Positions 18,471-27,813 of a stretch of DNA of 40,879 nucleotides are shown one piece after another (position 1 is the stretch's first letter; each line of letters opens with the position of its first letter). A program made the translations under genes and the position numbers. Under the pieces are notes generated by a model, which saw only the letters and a program-made list of their open reading frames with translations, was not told the origin of the DNA and did not search any database. The DNA is taken from assembly GCA_019090585.1 (NCBI GenBank), contig JAHRVR010000060.1, forward strand, positions 1-40,879, given 5' to 3'. This DNA is from Sphingomonadaceae bacterium. GTDB taxonomy: Bacteria; Pseudomonadota; Alphaproteobacteria; Sphingomonadales; Sphingomonadaceae.

Positions 18471-20255
18471 ATGACTGCCCGCAAAGCGCCGCACCCCACC
18501 ACTGAAACCCGTGAGCAGGCGATCCTGAAAATCGTCAATCCAGTAGCGGAATCGCAGGTCGATATTGATCCCTCGATGCGCGATGCACCCGCAAAACGGC
18601 CCGCTGATCTGAATGGCAAGTGCATTGCGCTTTATTGGAACGGCAAACAGAACGGCCCTTATGCGCTGGATGCCGCGCGCGAATTGCTCTCGGCGCGTTT
18701 CTCAGGCCTCAGCTTCATTGAGGTGACGGGCGAACTGGGCGGAACCAACCGCTACCTCTCGCCCGATCAGCTGGAAATGCTGGCGCAAAAGGCCGACGTC
18801 GCCATCTGCACATCGGCGGATTGCGGAAGCTGCACCGCATGGCTGATGCGCGATCTTTGTGAACTGGAACGGCGCGGCATCCCAGCGGCCGGATATACAG
18901 CGGCGCTCTTCGATGAGGATTCGCGTTTTTCCACCAAGACATTCGGTATCCCGGAAGCCGTTCCGCTAATCGTACCGCACTGCTTTTCAAACCAGACGCC
19001 GGACGAGATCCGTCAGATGGTTGCCGATTCGCTCGATATGCTGGTCGAAGCGCTCACCGTTGACCGCGAAATCCACGACGCCTTGCCCCAGTTCGATCAG
19101 ATCGTGGGTGAAACCGCGCCGGAGATCATCTTTCGCGGCAAGGACCTGCTTGATGCATTCGATGCCATGCAGGCCGGATTTATCAGGAACGGCTGGGGCG
19201 ATGGCATGCCGCTCATCGCGCCAACCCATGACAAAGTGGAAGCGATGATTGCCGCTTCGGGCCGCGACGGAAGCGATGTGGCAGGTTTGTTCGCGCCGGG
19301 CATGGGCATCGGCACCATTCGCAAGATCGCGGCCAATGCGGTCATGGCGGGGTGCCGGCCAGAGGCTATGCCGGTCATTCTGGCAATGATGGAATGCGTG
19401 CTTGATCCGTCGATGGGATTGCGCACGTGGGCCATGTCGACCGGCCCGCAAGCCCCGGTCGTGCTGGTTTCCGGGGCGATAGCGGACGAAATCGGCATGA
19501 ATCGCGGCATTTGCGCGCTCGGCCCGGGATCGATCAGTCAGGTCAATGTCGCCATCGGGCGAACACTGCGGCTGGTGATGATGAACATCGGCCTCAGTTA
19601 TCCCGGGATTTCAGACATGGACACCATCGGAACGCCGATGAAGTTCTCCGCCTGCGTGGCCGAAAATGAGGACCGCACACCGTGGGATAGCTGGCGCGTT
19701 CAGCAAGGTTTCAGCGCCGAGGATTCCACCGTCTCGGTCAATGTTCCTTATGGCATGACCGAGTTTTTCGATTTCAAGAATAGCGATCCACAACTGCTGG
19801 TCGAAACACTGGCGACGCTGACGACCAATACCTGCGGATCGCCCTCGCATGGCGCGTGGCTGATCAAGAACAATGCCCCGCTATCGGCGGGCTACCCCTT
19901 TCACGGCAGCTTCTCCAACCTGTTGATGATGGCGCCCGATCATGCCGCAGCATTCAGCAAGGCGGGTTGGAGCCCGCAGGACATCCGCGAAGCATTGCAC
20001 AGCCGCACCCGGCTGACTTTCCGCGAGGTGATGCTGAATCAGGAATATGACGGTTTCCGCTTTGCCCATCCTGAACTGTCGCATCTGGAAGACGCACCCG
20101 AAACGCTGGTCAATATCATGCCGAGTTCGGACTGTTTCGAGTTCTTCGTTGTCGGAGCATCGGCGGGCCGCAGCCAATACTGCTTTGGCGGCACCCATTC
20201 GGTGACGCGAAAGGTGCATGTCCCTGGCCGCTCCAGGCGCGATGAGGGGGCATGA
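18471..20255 (+). CDS. UGSC-family (seleno)protein homologue, Cys form, fused to its large partner domain
   Basis: N-domain NGKQN...ADCGSCT...DLCELERRGIP...VPH. C-domain GWGDGMPLIAPT, ANAVMAGCRPE, NVAIGRTLRL, DTIGTPMK, ENEDRTPW. GGGAG RBS. Confidence 0.8.
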   Translation: MTARKAPHPTTETREQAILKIVNPVAESQVDIDPSMRDAPAKRPADLNGKCIALYWNGKQNGPYALDAARELLSARFSGLSFIEVTGELGGTNRYLSPDQLEMLAQKADVAICTSADCGSCTAWLMRDLCELERRGIPAAGYTAALFDEDSRFSTKTFGIPEAVPLIVPHCFSNQTPDEIRQMVADSLDMLVEALTVDREIHDALPQFDQIVGETAPEIIFRGKDLLDAFDAMQAGFIRNGWGDGMPLIAPTHDKVEAMIAASGRDGSDVAGLFAPGMGIGTIRKIAANAVMAGCRPEAMPVILAMMECVLDPSMGLRTWAMSTGPQAPVVLVSGAIADEIGMNRGICALGPGSISQVNVAIGRTLRLVMMNIGLSYPGISDMDTIGTPMKFSACVAENEDRTPWDSWRVQQGFSAEDSTVSVNVPYGMTEFFDFKNSDPQLLVETLATLTTNTCGSPSHGAWLIKNNAPLSAGYPFHGSFSNLLMMAPDHAAAFSKAGWSPQDIREALHSRTRLTFREVMLNQEYDGFRFAHPELSHLEDAPETLVNIMPSSDCFEFFVVGASAGRSQYCFGGTHSVTRKVHVPGRSRRDEGA

Positions 20256-20553
20256 GCAAGGCAAAATCAAAAACCGGCGGTCGGAGTGGCGCGCGCTGGT
20301 CCAGACAATCTCTAACAGGGTTTACTGGAACCGCAGATAGCCGCTGAAAGCGCCCGCAATGCAACCGCCGGGCAAATTCTGGCTATGCACGGGTTCACCG
20401 AATACCGCGCGCGAACATATCGATGACGTTGATCTCTTCACGCCTGCCTATCGCGGATTCTGGCGCTGTGTGGCAGACGCGATGGGAAAGCCGCTCTGGC
20501 GAGCATTCCCACTCTCACCTGCAGGACCCAGACTGAGCGACATGCCACAATAG
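20252..20553 (+). pseudogene. Possible decayed third gene of the UGSC operon
   Basis: GAGGGGG RBS and ATGA overlap with the UGSC stop, but the frame closes after 31 codons. Protein-like pieces continue in other frames (GQILAMHGFTEY; EHIDDVDLFTPAYRGFWRCVADAMG). Confidence 0.4.
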
Positions 20554-20588
20554 CGTCATACCGCCCGGCCGTGGCCGCCAGATTCACA

Positions 20589-21932
20589 TCACAGCTTGCC
20601 GCAATATTTATCGAGCATGTCATGGAAATGCTTGATCTGCACTTCCTGGTTCGGATTGAAGGTCGCGCCCTTGAAGCCGCGCGACTTCATGCCCGCGTTG
20701 ACCGCCTCCATATTGGCGAAGTCTTCCTCCAGAAAAGGGCAGGCACCGATGAACTCTTCGAAATTATTGTAATAATCGGGCTCGTCCGGGCCTTCATAGT
20801 CGGACGGGAAGCGCCCAAGCGACCAGATATCGACATAGGCTTTGTCGCGGTCCTTGGGATCTGGAAGCGAGCGATAGACCAGCGCCCCATCCGTCGACGG
20901 CAGAATGATGACATTGGGGAAGATGTGCCAGTCCGTGCCTGCGTTCAACCATGCCTCCATGGTGAGGTCCTTCGGGAACACCGCGCCACTCTTCTCGGTT
21001 TCCTCAACGATGTTCTGGTAGAACTGCCCCATGACCTCTTCGGGCGGTGTTTCGGCCGGAAGATCACGAATTCGATCCGCCGCCTTCATGCTGGGTTCCA
21101 GCGTCAGGGCAAACAGTGTGTCGTACTGGTGAGCCATGTTCGCCCAGAGGTTTTCCTGGAACGTTTCCGGCTGCGTCCACGACTTGGCGCCGCGGAGACG
21201 ATACTCACTGAACCCCAGACTCTCGGACCAGAACCTGCCGTGCACCCCCGCGGCTGATCCGGGCATATTCACCACGCGATAATTGATGCCAAGCGTGTGG
21301 GTTTCTCCTGAATGATAGCCTTCGTTGAACGCTTCGATATAGGTTTTCCAGTTAATCGGGGCATGGATACGTTTCCAGAAATGCGGCTTGCAGTCCTGGA
21401 TGTGGAACGGATCAAGAAATTCAGTGACAGGAGCCAGCCAGCTTTCAAGCGACTCCGCATCGGGATCGAGATTCACAAAAACGAAGCCACCCCAGCGGGC
21501 GACGCGAATCTGCGGCACAGCAAGCTTCGACTTATCGAACGCCGGACAACCATCCCAGTCTTCCTCAAAGAAAACACTGGTGACTTCACCATCCCAACCG
21601 AAACGCCAGCCGTGGAAGCGGCAGGTGATTTCGCGCCCCAACTTCCCATGTGTGCGATCAACAAGGCGGCGGCCGCGGTGCTGGCAAACATTATACATGG
21701 CCGAAAGGTCATCATCCCCGTCACCGGTTCGGATAACGATGATCGGATCGTCAAGAATGTCGTGCGTCACGAAACTGCCGGCTCCAATCAGCCGGTCTTC
21801 GCGGCAGACCATTTGCCAGGTCTTGGGCCAAAGCTTCTCACGCTCTGCTGCATCACGCTCCGGGCTCGTCCATTTCTCCGCCGGCACGAAGATTTCGGGA
21901 CTGAATGTGCCTTGTCCGTCTGGTTTGTTCAT
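20589..21932 (-). CDS. Rieske non-heme iron oxygenase alpha subunit
   Basis: CQHRG...CRFHGW Rieske motif; NWK..EAFNEGYH..TH and EED mononuclear-iron ligands. Confidence 0.93.
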   Translation of the reverse strand: MNKPDGQGTFSPEIFVPAEKWTSPERDAAEREKLWPKTWQMVCREDRLIGAGSFVTHDILDDPIIVIRTGDGDDDLSAMYNVCQHRGRRLVDRTHGKLGREITCRFHGWRFGWDGEVTSVFFEEDWDGCPAFDKSKLAVPQIRVARWGGFVFVNLDPDAESLESWLAPVTEFLDPFHIQDCKPHFWKRIHAPINWKTYIEAFNEGYHSGETHTLGINYRVVNMPGSAAGVHGRFWSESLGFSEYRLRGAKSWTQPETFQENLWANMAHQYDTLFALTLEPSMKAADRIRDLPAETPPEEVMGQFYQNIVEETEKSGAVFPKDLTMEAWLNAGTDWHIFPNVIILPSTDGALVYRSLPDPKDRDKAYVDIWSLGRFPSDYEGPDEPDYYNNFEEFIGACPFLEEDFANMEAVNAGMKSRGFKGATFNPNQEVQIKHFHDMLDKYCGKL

Positions 21933-22256
21933 CGTCCTGACCCTAGTATCTAGTGTTGCTTTTGTTGTTCACCCTGACCGCGGACACAGTGATAGTTCAA
22001 AGCTCGTAACTCAAGCCGAAATGACTCAGAGCGCAGCCATAGTCTTTTAGCATGCTAAATCCGTTTGAAGATAGTTGAATTGACTTGCCGCAACGAACGC
22101 CATGTGATGCTGGGATTTACTCGCCGCCCGAGCCAGTGCGAATTGAGATCGCCAGGCACCAGCAGCCCCGAACGTTCGCACAGGCCAAATATTCGCACAG
22201 AAAGGTCAGACACGGATCGCTCATCGAACAATCCCGCGCCCGGCAAAGAAATCGAT

Positions 22257-22284
22257 TTGAGTTAGTTGAAATGAAACCTAGGTT
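22257..22284 (+). promoter_or_regulatory. Putative MFS promoter overlapped by the palindrome AACCTAGGTT
   Basis: TTGAGT-N16-TAGGTT; perfect 10-bp palindrome at 22275-22284. Confidence 0.45.
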
Positions 22285-22376
22285 GCGCCCTTGATCGATC
22301 CAATGCCCTGCGCCGCACGGCCGCGAACGAGGCCCCAACGAAGCTGTAAAGGCGATGAGTTGAAGAGGAAGCACGC

Positions 22377-23744
22377 ATGAGCGCCGACACAGTTGATCGT
22401 GCCACATCCCGTGTCTCACCAGATGATGCCAAGCCGATGAGCGCTGCCTATCGCCGCTATGCCATGAGCGTTCTGTTGCTCATCGCCATCATGAATTATC
22501 TTGACCGCAACGTCATTCACATCCTGGCCGAGCCGATCAAGAATGACCTTGGCCTTGCCGACTGGCAACTCGGGCTGTTGAGCGGGCTGGCATTTGGTCT
22601 GTTGTATACATTCCTGGGATTGCCGATCGCCCGCCTTGCAGAGCGCAAGAACCGGCCGGTCATCATTGCTTGCGCCACAGGCATCTGGAGCGTGTTCACG
22701 GTCATGTGCGGGTTCGTCCAGAACTTCGCCCAGCTCGCTCTGGCCCGAGTGGGTGTGGGCGTTGGCGAAGCGGGCTGCACGCCGCCAGCCCATTCGCTCA
22801 TCATGGACTACGTAGAGCCGGAAAAACGCAGCTCCGCCCTCGCCTTTTACGGCCTTGGTCCGCCGATCGGAGGGTTGCTTGGCATGGCCTTTGGCGGGCT
22901 CGTGGCCGATGCATACGGCTGGAGAACGGCCTTTTGGGTTGCCGGTGCGCCCGGGTTGGCCTTTGCATTGCTGGCGGCGGTTACACTCGCCGAGCCTCGA
23001 AAGACTATTTCCGCAGGGATCGAGAAGATCAAGGACAACACGCCCAGTCTGGTGGCTACAGTGCGGCTGCTTGCATCGAAAGAATCATACCGATTCATGG
23101 CGGCCGCTCAGGTTCTTAAAGTGTTCATCCAGCTCGGCTATTTGCCTTTCCTGGCCTCTTTCTACTTTCGCAATCACGCCGATCAGCTCGCCACAAGCGC
23201 AAGCGCAGTCGGAGAAAAATTTGGCTACGACCTCGGCCCGATCGGTCTTCTCGGGATCTCTCTCGGCATCCTGAGCGGTCTGGGTTCAGCTCTGGGTGTC
23301 TTGGCCGGCGGAGCGCTCGCGGATCGCTTTGGCCCCTCGGACCCGCGCTGCTATGTCTACATACCGGCGATTGCCGCGATTGCTGGCATTCCTGTCTTCG
23401 TAGGCGCAATGCTGGCCTCCAGTGTAGGCCTGTCGCTCGCGCTGATCGCTGTTCATGCGTTCATTGCATCGATCTGGTACGGACCTGCTTTCGCCGCCGC
23501 CTACAGCATCTCGCCGGGCAATATGCGAGCCACCAATTCGGCAATCCTACTGTTCCTTTCAAACCTTTTCGGTCTGGGCCTTGCTCCGCTCGCCGTCGGA
23601 ATCATCAGCGACGTGCTTGGCGCAAGCATGGGCGTTGGCGAAGGCCTTCGCTGGGCGCTGATAATACTGGCGATGGCAGGCTTCCTGACCGCCTTCCTGT
23701 TCTGGAGATCGGCCAGGACATTGCGCGAAGATATCGAAAGCTGA
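22377..23744 (+). CDS. Spinster-family MFS transporter
   Basis: NYLDR..IL.EPIK.DLGL.DWQLG, ARVGVGVGEAGCTPPAHSLI; about 12 hydrophobic segments. Confidence 0.93.
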   Translation: MSADTVDRATSRVSPDDAKPMSAAYRRYAMSVLLLIAIMNYLDRNVIHILAEPIKNDLGLADWQLGLLSGLAFGLLYTFLGLPIARLAERKNRPVIIACATGIWSVFTVMCGFVQNFAQLALARVGVGVGEAGCTPPAHSLIMDYVEPEKRSSALAFYGLGPPIGGLLGMAFGGLVADAYGWRTAFWVAGAPGLAFALLAAVTLAEPRKTISAGIEKIKDNTPSLVATVRLLASKESYRFMAAAQVLKVFIQLGYLPFLASFYFRNHADQLATSASAVGEKFGYDLGPIGLLGISLGILSGLGSALGVLAGGALADRFGPSDPRCYVYIPAIAAIAGIPVFVGAMLASSVGLSLALIAVHAFIASIWYGPAFAAAYSISPGNMRATNSAILLFLSNLFGLGLAPLAVGIISDVLGASMGVGEGLRWALIILAMAGFLTAFLFWRSARTLREDIES

Positions 23745-23808
23745 CACGCGCATAGCCTCTTCCTGCACATAGGCGAGGCGGCGATGTGATCTGCGCTACT
23801 TCGCGCTC

Positions 23809-24912
23809 CTAGCGGCCGCGTTCGTCCCGGCTTTCGCGGTGCTCTTTGGGGTGGGCATAAGGATGGAAGGTGTAATTTTCGTGACGCGAACGAAGCGCCA
23901 CATCCCCCACAGCCTCTTCGTAGGCACGAGTAAGCGCGATCAGCTTGTCTTCAGCCTCATAATCGAACACGTCCGTGCGGCGCTGTTCGTACTCCCCGCC
24001 ATATTCCAGCGGATTGTCGCGATACCATTGCACAGTCCGGGTGATCGCCTCCACCGCCGGCACAAGGTCGCGATATCCCAGATCGGCACGGATCAGGCTG
24101 GTATCGGCCAGATAGTGATAGGGCTGCACCTGGATGTGCGCACCATGGGCGGACTCAATGTCAGGAATTGAAACGATCTCCAGTTCCACACCCAAAGCCC
24201 TGGCGCCAATTTCGATCAACTGGCGCTGATCGACCTGCTGGTCGTCCGCGCAATTGTAGGCCTTGCCCGCCGCAGCATCGCGCTGGTCGACAGCCAGCAT
24301 CAAGGCATGCGCCGCGTTTTCGGAATAGTTGTGCGACAAGAGGCTCATGCCCCCATTCATGACGACAATGGTTCTTCGCCCATCGAGCACACGGCGAACC
24401 AAAGACCATTCGCGCGGTGCCACCTGGCGCGGACCGTAAACACACGGATACCGGAACAGCGTCGCGTCCGGGTGATAATCAAACAGGACTCGTTCTGCCT
24501 CAGCCAACTTCGCTGAGAACTGGTGGTCACCCTCCCCGCCAAGCGGCGCACTTTCCGAGACCGGCGAGAGCATGCCCGTGGGGAAGCCATCCGTGGGATC
24601 GACAAATCCCTGATAGACGGCACATCCCCCCACAGCGAGGAAATGGCCGGTCCTTCCAGCCATTGTCTTTGCAGTGACCTTTAGCCGGCCATAAGTTGCA
24701 ATAACCACATCGAAAGTCCGGTTCCCAAGCGCCTTTTCCAAAGGCTCGGAAAAATGTGGATCGCCCACAATACGTTCCACATCGTCAGGGAAAGGATAGG
24801 GATGGACCCCGCGGTTCAGCACGCTCACGCGGTATCCACGCTGGCGCATCCCTTCGACAATATGCGGTCCGGTCGGCCCAGTGCCGCCAATGACCAGCGC
24901 CGTTGCTACCAT
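23809..24912 (-). CDS. NAD-dependent epimerase/dehydratase (extended SDR) family protein
   Basis: LVIGGTGPTG, LNRG, FRYPCVYGP, GKAYN. Confidence 0.85.
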   Translation of the reverse strand: MVATALVIGGTGPTGPHIVEGMRQRGYRVSVLNRGVHPYPFPDDVERIVGDPHFSEPLEKALGNRTFDVVIATYGRLKVTAKTMAGRTGHFLAVGGCAVYQGFVDPTDGFPTGMLSPVSESAPLGGEGDHQFSAKLAEAERVLFDYHPDATLFRYPCVYGPRQVAPREWSLVRRVLDGRRTIVVMNGGMSLLSHNYSENAAHALMLAVDQRDAAAGKAYNCADDQQVDQRQLIEIGARALGVELEIVSIPDIESAHGAHIQVQPYHYLADTSLIRADLGYRDLVPAVEAITRTVQWYRDNPLEYGGEYEQRRTDVFDYEAEDKLIALTRAYEEAVGDVALRSRHENYTFHPYAHPKEHRESRDERGR

Positions 24913-24913
24913 A

Positions 24914-26140
24914 TCAGACGATTCCTCTTTTTCTTAGTGAGACGATCTCATCATCCGACAGGCTAAGCAACTGCGAATAGACATGGCGGGTGGATGCTCC
25001 AAGGGGCTCGCCCGGCCAGCGCGGTGCTGCATCGTCGCCGCTGATCCGCGGTGTCGCAGCGGGCTGCACCAGATCCTGCCCCTTTTCATTCCTGACAGAC
25101 ACAAGGCTGCCTCGCGCGCGAATATGGGGATCGTTCAGGATATCAGGGACCGTATTGACCGGCCCCGCAGGCACGCCTGATGCCTGCAGCCGTTGCCAAA
25201 CCTCTTCGAAATCGCGCGCGCCGGTCCAACGGCTGATGATATCGTAAAACTCAGGGCCATTAGCCATCCTGCCCTGCTGGGTTTCGAATTTGGGATCGAG
25301 AAGATCGCGATCGTCGACAATTGCGCGCAAATCCTCGATCTGGCCCATAGTCACCGGCGACATGGCAATATAGCGGCCGTCGCGGGTGCGATAGGAATAC
25401 CAGACCGTCATCTCGCCCACACCATCACTACGCGGCGTGCCCCCGGCCCGCTCACGCAGATAGCCATCCAGCGAGTAATCGGCGAGATCGATAGCAAGAC
25501 AACGCAGCACCGATTCGTAAAGCGCCATGTCCACATAAGCGCCGCGACCTGTTCCGCCCTCCGCATCGCGGCGACGCACAGCCTCCAGCGCGCCCATCGC
25601 CGCGAACAGCCCGCTACTGAAATCCGTAGCCTGAATTCCGGGTACTACCGGGGGCTGGTCTGGATAACCGGTCAGCGCGGTGGCGCCTCCCATAGCCGAA
25701 CCAACATGATCGTAGCCCGACATATGCGCATAAGGACCGCTGGCGCCAAAACCGGAAATGGCCACGTAGACAAGGCGAGGATTGATCTGAGACAACGCCT
25801 CATAACCGATGCCCCAATTGTCCATCGTACCGGGCCGGAAATTTTCGACCAGTATATCTGCCCAGTTCACCAGCCGCTTGAGCAGATCCTGCCCGTCGGC
25901 TTCCCGCAGGTTAAGCGTGATCGATCGCTTGTTAGTGCCAATTGCCTGCCAGCGCGGGCTCATTCCATCCGGCTTTCGCAAGGGATCACCGCCGCCAGGC
26001 TGCTCGACCTTTATGACCTCGGCGCCAAGGTCGCCCAGAAGAGTCGCAACGAATGGGCCGGCAATCTGTGTCCCGAGGTCCAGCACCTTAAGCTGTGCGG
26101 TCGAATCCGAAAACGGGGCCGTATTCTCCAGCAACGCCAA
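24914..26140 (-). CDS. CaiB/BaiF family III CoA-transferase
   Basis: VLDL..IAGP, GDLGAEVIKVE, NKRS, ENFRPG, GYD catalytic Asp, LGAST; TTG start with AGGGAG RBS; 1 nt from the next gene. Confidence 0.93.
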   Translation of the reverse strand: MALLENTAPFSDSTAQLKVLDLGTQIAGPFVATLLGDLGAEVIKVEQPGGGDPLRKPDGMSPRWQAIGTNKRSITLNLREADGQDLLKRLVNWADILVENFRPGTMDNWGIGYEALSQINPRLVYVAISGFGASGPYAHMSGYDHVGSAMGGATALTGYPDQPPVVPGIQATDFSSGLFAAMGALEAVRRRDAEGGTGRGAYVDMALYESVLRCLAIDLADYSLDGYLRERAGGTPRSDGVGEMTVWYSYRTRDGRYIAMSPVTMGQIEDLRAIVDDRDLLDPKFETQQGRMANGPEFYDIISRWTGARDFEEVWQRLQASGVPAGPVNTVPDILNDPHIRARGSLVSVRNEKGQDLVQPAATPRISGDDAAPRWPGEPLGASTRHVYSQLLSLSDDEIVSLRKRGIV

Positions 26141-26196
26141 TCTCCCTGATACGACGCCTAGCGATACAAACCGCGCATAGTGATTGAATTGATCGC

Positions 26197-27417
26197 CTAA
26201 GATTCACGCTCACTAAAGCGCAAGGGCACGGCCTCATATCCGGCGATCACCCCGGTCGGTTTGAGCCCGTAGTCGCCGTTCAGCTTTACGTCCGTCAACC
26301 GCCGGGTCAACACGCCAATGGCTTCGGCCATTTCCGCCTTCGCCAACGGCTGCCCAATGCAGACATGACGCCCAAAGCCAAAACCTATATCGTAACCGGG
26401 GTCGCTGCGCGGGCACCGGAAAGCATCCGGCTCCGAAAAAGTTGCCGGATCACGCCCGGCTGCCAGCAGGTTGAGCGAAACGATATCTCCGGTCTCAAGT
26501 TTGTGCTCACCCAGTTCGACCGGTTCGACAACGATCCTCATCAGGCGCGGCGTGCCGGGACGCAGACGCATGGACTCCTCTATCACATCGGGGATGGTTT
26601 GCGGGTTTTCGAAAAGCCCCTCCCAGAGGTCCGCCTCGAGTATACTGACGAGGCATCCCGCAAGGGTATAGCGGGTCGTATCGTGTCCACCAAGCATCAG
26701 GAACACCACCGCCCAGACCAGTTCCTTGTGCGAAAGCTTCTCGCCTGCATCTTGTAACGCGATCAGCGCACCAAGGAAATCTTCCTGCGGCGCCGTGGCT
26801 CGTCGTTCAGCCACAAGCTGCTCAATAAATTCGTAAAGGTAGGAAAGCGCCTTTTCGAGAATGGGCATACCCGGCTCAAAGGGCTTCTGGCCCAGCATCC
26901 GAAGCTGGACCGTGGCATCGGAAATTGATGGAACGGCGCTGGCGGGAATACCCACGAATTGTGCAATGACCGAAATGGGATAAGTGTGGGCGAAATCCGC
27001 AACCAGATCCGCTTCCCCATCCTTTGCAAAACCGTCGATCAGATCATCGGCGATGCCGCGCATGCGGGGGCGAAAATCATCAACGCGCGAGGAAGTAAAA
27101 GCCTTCACGACAATCGCGCGAATGCGATCGTGCTTGTCCGGCGCCATGAAGTTCAGATTGCCTTCGCGGATGAACTCCAGAATGATCTCACTCGCGCCAA
27201 GGGCTTCGAAATATTCATAATTCCGCGCTTCTAAGCGCTTGTCGCGAAAGGTCTGGCGAACGAGCGGATAGCTGAGAAACTCTGTCCCGTATTCGCTTTT
27301 CGCCAGCGCAGGCCTGCTGCCATCGGGCAGTGCCGAATCCGGATCGCGGTAAAATTTGCTACTGTTGGTGACGATAGCCGGCATTGCCGGGCAGCCGCTT
27401 TCGCTTCCTTGCGCCAT
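26197..27417 (-). CDS. Cytochrome P450 (second, divergent from the first)
   Basis: HDRIR, LGGHDTT I-helix, EESMR, AGRDP, FGFGRHVCIG; GAGGGG RBS. Confidence 0.93.
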   Translation of the reverse strand: MAQGSESGCPAMPAIVTNSSKFYRDPDSALPDGSRPALAKSEYGTEFLSYPLVRQTFRDKRLEARNYEYFEALGASEIILEFIREGNLNFMAPDKHDRIRAIVVKAFTSSRVDDFRPRMRGIADDLIDGFAKDGEADLVADFAHTYPISVIAQFVGIPASAVPSISDATVQLRMLGQKPFEPGMPILEKALSYLYEFIEQLVAERRATAPQEDFLGALIALQDAGEKLSHKELVWAVVFLMLGGHDTTRYTLAGCLVSILEADLWEGLFENPQTIPDVIEESMRLRPGTPRLMRIVVEPVELGEHKLETGDIVSLNLLAAGRDPATFSEPDAFRCPRSDPGYDIGFGFGRHVCIGQPLAKAEMAEAIGVLTRRLTDVKLNGDYGLKPTGVIAGYEAVPLRFSERES

Positions 27418-27591
27418 GCACGTTTCCCCTCAAGTCCCAAGGTCCCCCAAACGAACGAACGAGCGAGTCCCCCACCCGCCGATTGAGGTGTTTTAATCAC
27501 TCTGGCCCAGCCGGGCGGTATTGACAAGCGGCCAATTGCCCACTGCTTTGCCCCGGCGTTAGATCAATCTGAACTGCGGGAGGACAAGGCA

Positions 27592-27786
27592 ATGGCTGAC
27601 CGTTTTGGAACGGTTTCAACCTGCGATGGGCAAGAAAACGTCACGCCGACGATCCAATCCCTGACACGGCATCTCGTGACAGGCGATGTTGACGCCGCGC
27701 TGAAGATAGGCAGCAGCGATCCCGCCGCAAGGGACGGAAAATCGGCATCCACGGCTATTGCATGGGCGCAAATTAAAGAGAAATAG
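27592..27786 (+). CDS. Small ORF, possibly a truncated YciI-like protein
   Basis: GGGAGGA RBS and TTGACA at 27521; the C-half DVDAALKIGSSDPAARDG...IAW resembles the YciI C-terminal pattern. 64 aa is short for that family. Confidence 0.35.
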   Translation: MADRFGTVSTCDGQENVTPTIQSLTRHLVTGDVDAALKIGSSDPAARDGKSASTAIAWAQIKEK

Positions 27787-27813
27787 CCCCCTTCGGGCGA
27801 TGAAGCGCGAAGG

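Noticed and set aside
18813-18900. Selenocysteine recoding in the UGSC gene
   Set aside because: The codon at the U position is TGC (Cys) and the frame has no internal TGA. The 18392-18440 hairpin begins upstream of the mini-gene's TGA, which is the wrong geometry for a bacterial SECIS.
22055-22419. Short ORFs in the Rieske-MFS spacer
   Set aside because: No RBS or family motif; they overlap promoter-like signals.
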